64,000 nt of DNA. It comes from Alloascoidea hylecoeti. Taxonomy: Eukaryota. The position numbers were made by a program, and so were the translations under genes. Positions 1-11,421 of this stretch are shown here, piece by piece (within the stretch, counting starts at the first letter, position 1; the number at the start of each line of letters is the position of its first letter). Under the pieces are notes generated by a model. The model was not told the DNA's origin and made no database searches. It was given only the letters and a program-made list of their open reading frames with translations. The stretch spans positions 434,001-498,000 of the forward strand of contig BCKZ01000004.1 in the NCBI GenBank assembly GCA_001600815.1, given 5' to 3'.

Positions 1-691
1 GTTGCAGTCGCAGTCGATAGTTTGATTGGGACGGTTGAATATCTTTATACATTATAATTAGTCATCATAATGATAGTCTTACTGAATATTGTAGTACATT
101 ATCGATTGAATATCTTCAGAAATATAGACATTTAACCCCGATATATACTGACGTGAATCATTCTCCGGTGTCTTGGGATGAATTTTATGAGTCAATTGCA
201 AGGAACTTTTTATGCATATGGATTGTCAAAATCAGTACTGATATAAGAGTTTATTCCATTGGTACTTATAATCTTGTTACTAATACTAGCAATTAGGCGA
301 AGGTCACGTGCTTGCTCCAACGCCATTGCAGTACCATCGCATCACAGCCCACGCTCCTTCGTTATTATTGCCAACATCAACCATAGGGATTCTGCGGTGG
401 TATTGCCTATAATCACTAAGTAGCAACCTCTTACATGATCCAATGTTCTAAAATAAGCGGGAACGAATGCTTCCAACTAGCACATCATGTTAAAGTGTAT
501 AATTATCAAGTTGTTATAATTAGCTATAAGCATAAATTTAGACATTAATCGTGACTCACCGATTTCCGCTACAACTTACCGTATGTGAATCTTAAAATAT
601 CAAATCACTCGTAATATAAAAATTGAGCTTTCTATATAATGGTTGAAATTCCCGTTTATAAATTTATAATTATATCAGCCATCATAAAATC

Positions 692-2749
692 ATGAGGCTC
701 AATAACTCCTTGGATAATATTAGCCTTAGATCCACTGCTACAGAAGCTACATCTAGTAATAGATCTACAACCTCAGTTACTAACACCTCAAGCAATTGCA
801 ACACTCTTTTGAATTATTCAACGGAAGAGAAATATACAAATGTTCCTATCACTGGAAGCCCACAGTGGAACACTGCAATAGATTCATCAATTAGATTAAA
901 AGATCCAATTACAAATAAAACTTCTTTAGTTTCTGAATATACTAACGGCGATACAATAGAGGGAGAACTAATGATCTCTCTACCACCAAGGAAAGAGTTT
1001 ATTAATGGTGTAAAATTAGCGGCTGCTTTGATAACTTTTGATGGCAAATGCGTCGTTGATGATTTTGTTGACCTGCCTTGTATTCAAACTCGAAGGTTTA
1101 GTAAACATTCAATAACCTTTTTAAGAATGAGAAATCACGATGATAGTTATATATTTAATGAAGAAGATGCAATTGATCATCATGATTGTAAATTTCATAA
1201 AGATACTGATGGGACATATATTGGATTACCAAATGATGGAGTTTTAAGGACAAAAACACAATATAAAGTACCATTTAAATTTAAAATACCATATATGTTG
1301 CATGAAGGAGCAAGTTCATTAAAAACACACTACTCATCACTTCCTCCAACATTTGGAATTAATAAAAAATTTGGAATGAAGATAACCGATTGGAAAGGTG
1401 ATTATCCAGATGAAATCAATCGCAATATATCACCAGTTTTAGGTTACAGTAGAATTCATTCAAATAATACATGCCTTTTAATAGTGAATGACCTTAGTCC
1501 TAAATACCCATCAATTTCATATGCAGTTAATGTTGAACTAATTGGATATAACCTTTTCAAAGAATCAGCTCCTTTAGAAGTACTAAAATCATTTAATCAG
1601 GATGTGAGAATTATCCCAACTGGGTTTTTTTACTGTTTGGCAGAAGAAATGGCACAAGATTTAATCCTGAAAACTTTGAAAGAAGATGCCATGCCACAGG
1701 TAAATGATCATGAATGTCGTGTTCGCCATGAAAAACAACAGTATTGCAAGAGATATTCAATACTGGATAATACTATATTATCTTTGGAAAGGGAAAAGGC
1801 TATTAGCAATTTCAAAATCATGCAAAAAAAACGAGCAAGTATCTCATCATCAAACTCCCAATTGCAATCTATTTTCAAAGGGTCATTAAACATGACTTCT
1901 GAGATACCAAGACAAGGATTTCAATATGTTGCCCCAAATTTAATCAAAAAGTTTAGAGATAGAGAAAAACAAAAAGGATGTACTGAACCTCCACCAAATT
2001 ATAAGTTAATTATGGGAGATGCAATGGAACTCATACCTTCAGATTCAAAAGAATTATCAGATATTGAAATACAATTAAACTTCCGTCCAAATGATCATAT
2101 GAATGGTGATAATGATATTGATATTATACGTTCTTATTCTTCAAATGATTGTTATTCATCAAAATCAAGAGAATCGCCATCAATACAAAATTCTCAAATA
2201 GATATGTCACCACCAGTCTTAAAGAGACTTAAACTTTCATTCAATTCATTTACTGTCTATAATCATACTGTTAATCCAATTTTATTTTCCACCGATATGA
2301 TTAATAATGGGAAATTAGATGAGTCAGAGATTTCTAATATAAAAAAATTGAAAGATTTGAAATGGTTAAAACATAGCATTCTCTTAATTAATACCAAGAT
2401 TCCAACAAAAGAAAAATTAAAGAAAGGTGGCTTTCTATCTACACTTTTACCCAAACAATCAGAATCAACGTCGACTGATCCAATATTGATAGATCATCTA
2501 CCTTGGACGCAATGCCCTGATAAATCATGGTCTAAGGATTTATATCTGAAAATAAAAATGAGTGAGTTGATGTTAAATAAACATATTTGTCTTGTTCCTA
2601 GTTTCCAGTCTCTGATGATTTCTAGATTATATGAATTAGTTGTGGAATTGGAGTTTGAAGACTGTTATGCTTTAAGCTGTAAATGTTCAAGTAAGTCGAA
2701 ACAGTTAATACAGTTGAAAATCCCCGTTAGAGTTCGTAATATAGAGTAG
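692..2749 (+). CDS. Divergent Bul1/Bul2-like arrestin-related ubiquitin-ligase adaptor
   Basis: 685-aa ORF with Bul1-type motifs EYTNGDTIEG, PFKFKIP, LPPTFG, DLS..SISYAVNV and C-terminal LVPSFQSLMISRLY..LKIPVRV. Confidence 0.7.
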   Translation: MRLNNSLDNISLRSTATEATSSNRSTTSVTNTSSNCNTLLNYSTEEKYTNVPITGSPQWNTAIDSSIRLKDPITNKTSLVSEYTNGDTIEGELMISLPPRKEFINGVKLAAALITFDGKCVVDDFVDLPCIQTRRFSKHSITFLRMRNHDDSYIFNEEDAIDHHDCKFHKDTDGTYIGLPNDGVLRTKTQYKVPFKFKIPYMLHEGASSLKTHYSSLPPTFGINKKFGMKITDWKGDYPDEINRNISPVLGYSRIHSNNTCLLIVNDLSPKYPSISYAVNVELIGYNLFKESAPLEVLKSFNQDVRIIPTGFFYCLAEEMAQDLILKTLKEDAMPQVNDHECRVRHEKQQYCKRYSILDNTILSLEREKAISNFKIMQKKRASISSSNSQLQSIFKGSLNMTSEIPRQGFQYVAPNLIKKFRDREKQKGCTEPPPNYKLIMGDAMELIPSDSKELSDIEIQLNFRPNDHMNGDNDIDIIRSYSSNDCYSSKSRESPSIQNSQIDMSPPVLKRLKLSFNSFTVYNHTVNPILFSTDMINNGKLDESEISNIKKLKDLKWLKHSILLINTKIPTKEKLKKGGFLSTLLPKQSESTSTDPILIDHLPWTQCPDKSWSKDLYLKIKMSELMLNKHICLVPSFQSLMISRLYELVVELEFEDCYALSCKCSSKSKQLIQLKIPVRVRNIE

Positions 2750-3775
2750 CATATAATTAGACAGAACATAATTCTCCATTAATAAATATAATAGCTATAA
2801 CTTATATATTATCCCCATATAATATAATTATTAATCATATCTATAATTTAGAAGTTTTGAATGACAGAATTACTTTAGGAAGTGGCGACTCAATACTTTT
2901 CGAAATTTCGAAATAGTGGTCTTCACTGACGAATTATTTAAAACAATATAACGTAATATATTTTAGTAACTAAATAGTTGTCACTATAAATGTCAATCTG
3001 TTCCCCTACAAATTGTTAAAATACTTTCACATTTCTGTTAAATTAAGTGACAAATATAAAGGCAAACATAAGCGAACCCTTTGTCACTCCTACAACTAAC
3101 CATTGACTGCACTTAAAGGTGAAGCTATACCTCATACATTTGCCAAATTCAATTGAGTGATGAAATATACTGAGACAATATTACGAGCTAATGCACACTC
3201 AAAGAACTAATTTTTAATTTTTAATTTCCAATATTCTCAAATTATACATACTGAGATGATGAAATATTCCCTCCATTAAGGCGAATTTAGAGTGGAAAAG
3301 CTGTGTTGTATTTGAATCTTCACACGTATCTTCTCTTTAATACAGTTATTTCATTTAACATGAGCCATAATCAGTAATCAATGTGACCCAATTTTTAAGT
3401 GAAATGACTGTATATTATACTCACACCTACACGTGTGTTTGATATAATTTATCATTATTAATAAAACTTAGTGTTTAGTCCAAGCAAAATTCATCAGCTT
3501 CCTTTGTACCTTTCAAAGATTCAAAATAAAAAAATACCATTATCAACAGGTTAGAAAGTTTTTGACTACGAGTACAATATTCAATAGGGACTGACTCTGA
3601 CAAGATATTGATTACCGATATTAATCAAAAAACATATAAATTACACAATATAATTAATATCTTGATGAGGATCTATCTATAGCTATCTAATTATAAGCGT
3701 CAGAATAGTATTCCAAAACATATAAAAGTGAATATTGGTGCAATTCCGTAAAAGTTAATGTCTGATCGTGAGCGC

Positions 3776-5800
3776 TTAATTAATATTTGTAGATTTGGCG
3801 AGCTGTCTTGATAATTTTACTACAGTTGGAGAATAGTGTTTTTCTAACAAGACTGTTTCCCATATCATTGCGGCTTCAGGGTTACTTTGTTCAGGATGTG
3901 ATGCTTCCATTAAATACGACCCATTAGCAATTCTATCTTCTGTTGAATACAATCCTCCAATAACAGGATATCTAGCCATCATTTGTTCAAAGAATCTTAA
4001 AACCGCAATATCTGATTTTTCAGGGAGTTGTAATAAGCATGTGTAGAGTTTTTTTGTGAATGCTTCTACTCTTAACTTGTTCGTTGTGTGACCAGAAAAG
4101 AAAATCCGTTCGAGCGCTTTTAATACAAGTTCAGTTTTTGTTGATACATTAAACAATCTTCTCCTTTTTTTGGCCGAATTATCTTCTAATGGATCATCCA
4201 ATCGTAATGACTTCCTTGATAATTCAACATCTGCATCTATTGATACAATATATAGAATATCATAAAGTTTTACAACGAAACTTGTTAAGTCCACTGGAAC
4301 TTTATAATGTGCTTGGCCTGTTATTAACGAAAAGGCAGTGACGATACATAACAATGTCTGTCTCAATACAGTTTCGTTATTATCTCCAATATCTAGCTCA
4401 CCTGTTAATTCTCTTAGAACCTCTAGAAGATCACCTAGCATATCTGCATTTGCTTTATGACCAAATTTCACTAGACCTTCTAAAGCAGCACCGATGAGAT
4501 CTGAATTTCGACCTTTTAGGATATTTAAATATGTTATCATTAACATTTTTAAAATTTCACCTTGATACCTATCCAATGTTTCGGCTGAAACAATAGTATC
4601 AGCTTTATTTATTTCTTCATCAATCTTCTTTTGTTCTTTTCTTGCCTTTCGTTGTTTTTTAGAAAGGTGAACTCTATCCTTCTTTTTCATTTTTGGTTTT
4701 TGTGATTCTTCTTCTTCAATTTTATTTGGATCATAATCCGTTAAAATATTCAAAGATAAAAAAATAGTAACAACATTTTCATTAATTTTATAATTTAAAT
4801 TTCTAAACATTTTAGTAGTTTGTCTTAAAATATCAAAACTAACTTCACCAGTTAAATCATCTTTCAATAAATTTTCAAAAGTTGAAACACATTTCCAAAA
4901 AGTTTTATCAATTTGTGATCTTCTTCCTAATTTTCGAACAATTAAAGATATTAAATCATTCGCAAAATTAAATTGTGAAAAATTTGATAATAATTCACAT
5001 GCAACAGATATTGTTGTATTTGATAATAAAAGTAAATTTATATTATCATCACCTTTTTCACATTGTGTTTTTATACAATTATGATATGTTTCTGATAATA
5101 AATCAATATATGCTTTATAATTTAACGCCAATGATTGTTCAAAATTTCTTCTTAATTTAACTTCTTTTGAAGCCTTTTCTTTCTCTTCCAATGGAGTTAA
5201 TGGTTTAATCTTATAACCAGGAATTAAACCTTTAAAAATTGGAATTAATGATAAAAAAACAATACGTTTTATTTTTATATTTTTCGTCGATGCCATTTTG
5301 CGAATTTTTGTTAGTGATGAAATTGAATTCTCAGAATCTGAGAATAATAACTCAGCTAAAGAGGCAATTTCTTCTTTTGTCGCTGTTAATGCCTTTTCGG
5401 ATATATCCTGGAAGTCGAATATCTTATCATTTTCTTCATTATCACTCTCATCATCATCATTATTTTCTTCTTCATCATCATCATCTTCTACTTCTGATTC
5501 TGATTCTTCTTTTTCTTCTTCAACCTTTTTGGGCTTTCTAGGCGCTTTAGAAACTCTTTGAATTTTACCATCAGCAGTAATAATAGGTAATGCTTCAGCG
5601 ACCTCATCCTTTTGGACTAATTTCCTTGGTCTTAATTCATAATCTTGTTCTTCATTATCCCAATCAGAACCTGAATATTCTTTATCCTCTATATCATCAA
5701 GAGCATTCCATGAAGAATTTAAAAGTTTATCTTGTTCCTCTAAAATCTTCTTTCTTTTAGCAACGTTAATATGATCATTTTTTCTTGCACGTTTCCCCAT
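3776..5800 (-). CDS. NOC3: Nucleolar complex protein Noc3
   Basis: Motifs EEQDYELRPRK, FKGLIPGYKIKPL, KKKDRVHLSKKQRK, EDRIANGSY, WETVLLEKHYSP; likely start MGKRARK at 5800 (ORF track starts at 5854). Confidence 0.92.
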   Translation of the reverse strand: MGKRARKNDHINVAKRKKILEEQDKLLNSSWNALDDIEDKEYSGSDWDNEEQDYELRPRKLVQKDEVAEALPIITADGKIQRVSKAPRKPKKVEEEKEESESEVEDDDDEEENNDDDESDNEENDKIFDFQDISEKALTATKEEIASLAELLFSDSENSISSLTKIRKMASTKNIKIKRIVFLSLIPIFKGLIPGYKIKPLTPLEEKEKASKEVKLRRNFEQSLALNYKAYIDLLSETYHNCIKTQCEKGDDNINLLLLSNTTISVACELLSNFSQFNFANDLISLIVRKLGRRSQIDKTFWKCVSTFENLLKDDLTGEVSFDILRQTTKMFRNLNYKINENVVTIFLSLNILTDYDPNKIEEEESQKPKMKKKDRVHLSKKQRKARKEQKKIDEEINKADTIVSAETLDRYQGEILKMLMITYLNILKGRNSDLIGAALEGLVKFGHKANADMLGDLLEVLRELTGELDIGDNNETVLRQTLLCIVTAFSLITGQAHYKVPVDLTSFVVKLYDILYIVSIDADVELSRKSLRLDDPLEDNSAKKRRRLFNVSTKTELVLKALERIFFSGHTTNKLRVEAFTKKLYTCLLQLPEKSDIAVLRFFEQMMARYPVIGGLYSTEDRIANGSYLMEASHPEQSNPEAAMIWETVLLEKHYSPTVVKLSRQLAKSTNIN

Positions 5801-5863
5801 TTTCTTTTGTTTTAATTGCTTTATGGTATTTAAAAAAAAAATATTTATACCCATAAAAAAAAT

Positions 5864-5893
5864 AAAATTTCAAAAGGTGAAAATTCCGGGTAA
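5864..5893. promoter_or_regulatory. RRPE-like elements and Reb1 site upstream of NOC3
   Basis: AAAATTTCA and TGAAAATT next to CCGGGTAA (5886-5893), the usual ribosome-biogenesis promoter arrangement. Confidence 0.55.
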
Positions 5894-6324
5894 CACAGAA
5901 ATATAGAATCCTTTTTCAACGTTTTTCTTTTTGTCTAGAAAACTTTTCTTTTCCAATTCCCTTGAATCTTTTTTGGATTAAATATTTATGATTACGGTAT
6001 ATATTTTTAATATACAATATTTCTAATTTCTGGCTCACAATTATTATATAAAAATATCTATGAAAGCCCTGTGCCTCGCTCAGTGTATACCTCCTTTATA
6101 CACTTTGAGCTGGATACCAACAAGCGCGAAGATACTTCATCTTAAGCATTTGTCAGTAATGGGCCATAATAACAAACATGTTTTTGAGTGCGACTCCATC
6201 GTTCAGTTTCTGGTGGTGGAATTGTAATTATAAAACCTGACATTTTATGTAATTGTAATGTTCATTGTACTGTAACATCTTATCATCTATTTTAGAACTC
6301 ATTCTTTGTATTATACATTATATT

Positions 6325-8406
6325 ATGAGTCTAGCGAATTCACTAAACTACCAAGGAGAAGAAACTCCTGGATCAGCTCCAAACCAAAGTGTTACAAATT
6401 CTTGGAACCTGTCGGAAGCTCGTGATCAGTCACAGACACGATCGTGGAGCGGCAATATTCAGTTAGGTCACGGAAGATTATCATTAAGCGATGATGATAG
6501 AGTCTCCAGAAAAAAAGACACCACTAAAAAGACCACAATGGGAAGTCCATTAAGATATGATTTTAGTGAGCCAAACTTATTCAAAAGTGGGGATATTGCT
6601 AGTAGTAGTAGAGATACACGACAGCGTACTTTTAACACTTTCAGGACCGGGATACCTAGTTCAGAGAGTGATGACGAAGACGAGGAGGATGAAAATATGA
6701 TAACGCATACGTCACATGCTTCAGCTTCAAATAATACTGGACCTTTAATAGTTGATTCTAACGGGGAGAGAAAATCAGATAGTGATAACGATAGCGTTAT
6801 GTTTCAAAATGGCAGGTATTTGGAAGAAGGATACGGGCCTCAACTCGATCATCATACAAATACCGATTATCCGAAACCATCAAGATCTACAAAAACAAGT
6901 CTGTTGAAGAAGAACAATCCAAAGTCTTATGAGCGAAAAGTGACATACTCATATTACAACAATTATGACGAAGATGATGAAGATAGCGATGATTCTATGA
7001 CTTTTTCCCAGTGGCCAAATTTCCCTGATATAAATACAAATTCACCAATACAATCACAATTACATCATGATCAATCAATTTATGCTTCTAGACATCAATA
7101 TCGACAATCTCCATTAGATATAAATCCACTTTCACAATCAATCACAGACTTTTCCTATAAAAAACATATACCAATAATTCCAAATCCAGAATTAACAACT
7201 GATCCTTTACATTTCTTAACTCAACAAATAGTTAAATTTGAAAATAAATTACAAGATCTATTACAAGAACAACAATTTGTATTAAAATCAGGTATACCGT
7301 CAAAACAATATGGATCAATTTATAAAATTCGGAAATTAATATTAATAAATTTTGAAAAATTAAAAGAAATGCATAAAGCAAAAAGTGAAATTTATTATAA
7401 AGATAAAAAATCATCATCAATTTTTTTAAAAAACTTTAATAAAATTGAAAATAAAAAGAAAAAATTAATAAATGTAATTAATAATATTAATAATATTGAA
7501 ATTAATGAAGGTAAAAAATTAACATATTTAAAAATTGAAAAAACAAAAGTAAATGATGAGATTTTAATTTTAGAATCAAGATTACAACAATTAAGATCAA
7601 AGGATAATATTTTACAAATTGAAATTGATCAAACACAAAGTGTTCTTGATAGTAAATCAAGTTCATATCTAGAAAGTATATCACAATTAGAGAAAACTGA
7701 AATTAATTTATCTAAACAATGGCTAAGAGAAAATGGTGATGGATATTCTAAAATATCAGATGATGATTTAAATATATCTCAACAATTTCTTTCACATCAT
7801 GATGATGATGATCAAGATAATGAACAGAAAATTGCTCCAAAACAAATGGATCTTTTAGGAATTGCTGATAGTATACTTTCTACAAAAGATAAACTCTCAA
7901 GTTTGTTTACTCCAAGGAAAGTATCTGGAGATCATGAATCAATTCCAAATAGGTCTTCATTAATCGATGTAACATCTATTATTGAAATGATAGGACTACA
8001 AACAAAAGCATTAGAAGATCAAGTTGCTGCAGAAGAAAAAAAAATGGAAGAATATGAAAATAGTTCTGTCATTTATAGTGATGTTTGTCGTGCAGTCAAT
8101 GAGATGGAAACCAGTCTCCATCATTTAGCTATTAGTAAAAAACTTAATAAGAATCCTCCAGATAAAATACTCGAATCATCTTTATCTGTACTTCAATCTA
8201 GATTAGATACTGTCGAAAACTTTGGTTGGAATACGGCAACATTAGCAGTTAAAAATGAAACGGCGGCTGTTCAATCTGGGTTGGAACTAATTAAGGGACC
8301 ATTAGCAGTAGAGAATTCAAATGAATTTCTAACGGACAATAATGATAAATCAAGGACTGATAAAGACATTTTAAATCAGGGGAGGAAAGTGAAAAAAAAT
8401 GAATAA
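6325..8406 (+). CDS. Coiled-coil protein, probably Atg28-like autophagy protein
   Basis: Disordered N-terminus, long coiled coil with LQDLLQEQQ and SVLDSKSSSYLESISQLE, C-terminal GWNTATLAVKNE; resembles fungal Atg28. First ATG at 6325. Confidence 0.6.
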   Translation: MSLANSLNYQGEETPGSAPNQSVTNSWNLSEARDQSQTRSWSGNIQLGHGRLSLSDDDRVSRKKDTTKKTTMGSPLRYDFSEPNLFKSGDIASSSRDTRQRTFNTFRTGIPSSESDDEDEEDENMITHTSHASASNNTGPLIVDSNGERKSDSDNDSVMFQNGRYLEEGYGPQLDHHTNTDYPKPSRSTKTSLLKKNNPKSYERKVTYSYYNNYDEDDEDSDDSMTFSQWPNFPDINTNSPIQSQLHHDQSIYASRHQYRQSPLDINPLSQSITDFSYKKHIPIIPNPELTTDPLHFLTQQIVKFENKLQDLLQEQQFVLKSGIPSKQYGSIYKIRKLILINFEKLKEMHKAKSEIYYKDKKSSSIFLKNFNKIENKKKKLINVINNINNIEINEGKKLTYLKIEKTKVNDEILILESRLQQLRSKDNILQIEIDQTQSVLDSKSSSYLESISQLEKTEINLSKQWLRENGDGYSKISDDDLNISQQFLSHHDDDDQDNEQKIAPKQMDLLGIADSILSTKDKLSSLFTPRKVSGDHESIPNRSSLIDVTSIIEMIGLQTKALEDQVAAEEKKMEEYENSSVIYSDVCRAVNEMETSLHHLAISKKLNKNPPDKILESSLSVLQSRLDTVENFGWNTATLAVKNETAAVQSGLELIKGPLAVENSNEFLTDNNDKSRTDKDILNQGRKVKKNE

Positions 8407-8504
8407 TAGCTTTTCTATAAAATATTTTCTTCATGTACGCACAGCATTATACGGCTCGAGCTTGTGGTACAGAAAGGTTTAATTTATAATTAATACTACA
8501 ATGG

Positions 8505-8629
8505 GAAAACATTGTATTCGATGTATATTCTAAGTTTAAGAAGCTATTCAAAATTTAAAATACGGTAAGAAAACATTGTATTCGATGTATATTCTAAGTT
8601 TAAGAGGCTATTCAAAATTTAAAATACGG
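8505..8629. repeat. 64-bp tandem duplication
   Basis: GAAAACATTGTATTCGATGTATATTCTAAG...AAAATACGG begins at 8505 and again at 8569, nearly identical. Confidence 0.95.
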
Positions 8630-9863
8630 GAAACTGCCAAACGTAAGCTATATACCAATTTTTGGATCAGCGGATGATAAAAAAATTTAAATACATAAAA
8701 TAAAAATTTTCAGTAAAACTTTATCTCCATAATGATAAACACCTTCTCTATAAATCGAATTTTCCTGGATGGGGGATCAACTAAGGGAGATACGTAATTT
8801 CCACTGGATCCAGGACCTTCCAGGACTTCCCAACATCCCCAGGAATGCAATTAGTGTTTTCCGAATTGTAAATGTTGCATGGGTTCTATTTATATTTGTC
8901 TCATAATCATTTCTGTCATTTGAATCAACTTTGCATGTTATCCTTTCCCAAGAATCTACCAGAATCTTCTCATATCTATCTAAAAAGGTGGCAACTCATT
9001 GGCTGACTGCTCATGTAATGCTCATTTGTTATTGACATCTGTTTAAAACGTCGTAAAGCTAAATTAAGTCGCGTATTAATATATTGCAAAAATTATTGCA
9101 ATTGCGTTTTAGTTATTTCCCGAGTGTGCTGCGATATCTCCTCTTCCCGAGAAACCCAATGTTTTTGTTTTATTTTATTAAAATCCTCGGTATCGTAACT
9201 TTGTAAGGGTTTATTTATATCCTATTTCCTTGTGGATGACGGGCGAAATCTTCTGTGAATTTGCTACGGCATTTTAGTTTGGTTGTGCATAATCGATGAT
9301 CCCTTTGTCTGTTTTGAATTAAAGTTTATCTGGGGATGGAGGTGGAGATGGTGGATTAAAAAAAGAAGTTAAGCTTTACGTGTCGCATCTTTTGAAGGTG
9401 TACTTTTCCCTTGTTCACATATATACTTAGTTTATGCATATATGTATGTTTCTAATAGGGAATATTTTAAACAAGCACTTTTTTTTTTTTTGAATATATG
9501 AAATATAAGTTTAGCGCTAGTTACTCAGTTATCAGGTATTGAAAATGAGAGCAAAATTAACACCGATTTTGTGAATTATATGAATTACGGAACTAACCAA
9601 CCCCCCATTAATTGTGTAATTGGCAGCCGCCATATATAGCGTTTAATGTATGTAACCCCAACAATTTTTGCGAGCTAACTTCTTTCAATATTTGAGGCTT
9701 TGAGTCATTCGATTTGATATAGATCTTTACCCGTATCTTAATGTTTTAAAAATAAATTTATTTATTTAGGAATTTTTGTGCAATAAGATCTACCGGTATA
9801 GAACACGCTAATAATGGGTGTACTGAGATGATAAATACTTGAGGGGGATAAGAACATAATTAA

Positions 9864-9919
9864 AAATTAGAAATTAGAAATTAGAAATTAGAAATTAGAA
9901 ATTAGAAATTAGAAATTAG
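9864..9919. repeat. (AAATTAG)8 heptamer tandem repeat
   Basis: Directly visible perfect array. Confidence 0.95.
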
Positions 9920-11080
9920 CAATTCACTATTTGAAGATATAATAAATAGACTTGAATATTAAAGATTAGAAAGATACGAACAGTAAATAAATAGTTAATA
10001 ATTGTTTTACTCTTTTTTCATTTAAAAAAGAAAAAATATTCGCTATTAATTAGATACTACAGTACCGTACCTCCAAACTCTTACTTGTCCGAGGTTAACT
10101 GTTTTCTCGGCTTGTGGCTAAGTTCGAACTTTGAATTCTGTATAACAGTTCAATTATTCACTTAAATGTTTTAGCCGCGGACAGGTTCATTATAATTTCT
10201 TAACAGTTATTAAAAATAATAGTAAAGTTTTATGGATCGAATTCACCAGACTTTTGCATAATCATGATCAAGAAATAGTCATTCTTGAGATCTCGGATTT
10301 TAAGTAAGCAGAATAGTCTCTTATGACTACCCGAAGCTATTATAATATGTACTTGAAAAAGAAGAAAAAAAATTTAAACGATGTAAAGATATATATATAT
10401 ACATGTACATGTATATACAAATAGAATCTTTTTATATAATTTTTGAATAAATGATCAGCATAGTTTTTTTCATTTTTTGATATTATTAATTATTTTAACG
10501 GATTTGGAGTTGTAATTAATATTGTGGGGTTAACGTTAAGGACAGTTTTTTTTCTTGGTATTTTAAATTTTAAATGTATTGAGGAGTTCAATTAATAACG
10601 ATTAGTAAGATATCGCTTTTGCGTTAAAGATAACACTCTGATTCCAAATAAAATAAAACCTTGTAAAAGTAGTTGCAATTGTGTTTGGATAAGTTAGAAA
10701 AATTATTTGCAAGGAAATATTCAAGAGCAATGGTAGAGAAGATTAGAAGATAATGAGTGGAGTGATGCAGTAGCTCATCTTTTAAAGGTTAAGTCTACAA
10801 CGTTGATGGGGGAACTTAAAAAAAACACAATATTTTAAGTTCTGGAGGTGCTTATAGCTAAGGTTTACAATAGCAGGGTGCATTGCATGAATTATAATTG
10901 TCGTCGAACAATGGGCCTCTGCCACAGCCTCTGCCACGTAGAACGGGAAAACAAGCAGAGCGAGCGGAGGGAAAGGAGGTTGGAGGCTTGCGAGCGTACC
11001 TGCAGAGGCCGTGAGACAAAGAGAGGACACAAGTAAAGCGAACGGAGGGATGAGGTTAGTTGCTGGATTGCATTATTATA

Positions 11081-11197
11081 TGACTCACCGGTCACGTGCG
11101 CTCACCGGCCAATCAGCGGCGGCCACGGAGTCCGGGTCACGTGCCCGAACGCGATGGAAGGCAGCCGAACTTCCGGGTAACCGTCCGGGTAACGCGT
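11081..11197. promoter_or_regulatory. Dense TF-site cluster in the GC-rich kinase promoter
   Basis: TGACTCA (11081), GTCACGTG (11091, 11136), CCAAT (11109), CCGGGTAA (11173, 11185), ACGCGT (11192). Confidence 0.6.
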
Positions 11198-11421
11198 CCC
11201 GCATTTGTTGTCATTTATACTTAAAGTCGCAGATTCGCCGGCCTCCCCAAATCCAAATCTCTGAAACACAACGAAACCTCATTTATTTCATCTTCATCCA
11301 CCCGATTCTGATTCTCCTGTTTTGCTGCTTCTTCAACCTTTTTGTCTTCTCCTTCGTCTCTACGTCCTCACTACACTTAATTACTTTCTGCAAATTCCCG
11401 ATTTGACAATTAGATCTTGTG

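Noticed and set aside
3155..3265. GTGATGA/CTGA words resembling a C/D snoRNA
   Set aside because: No recognisable guide or terminal stem; such words are common in AT-rich DNA.
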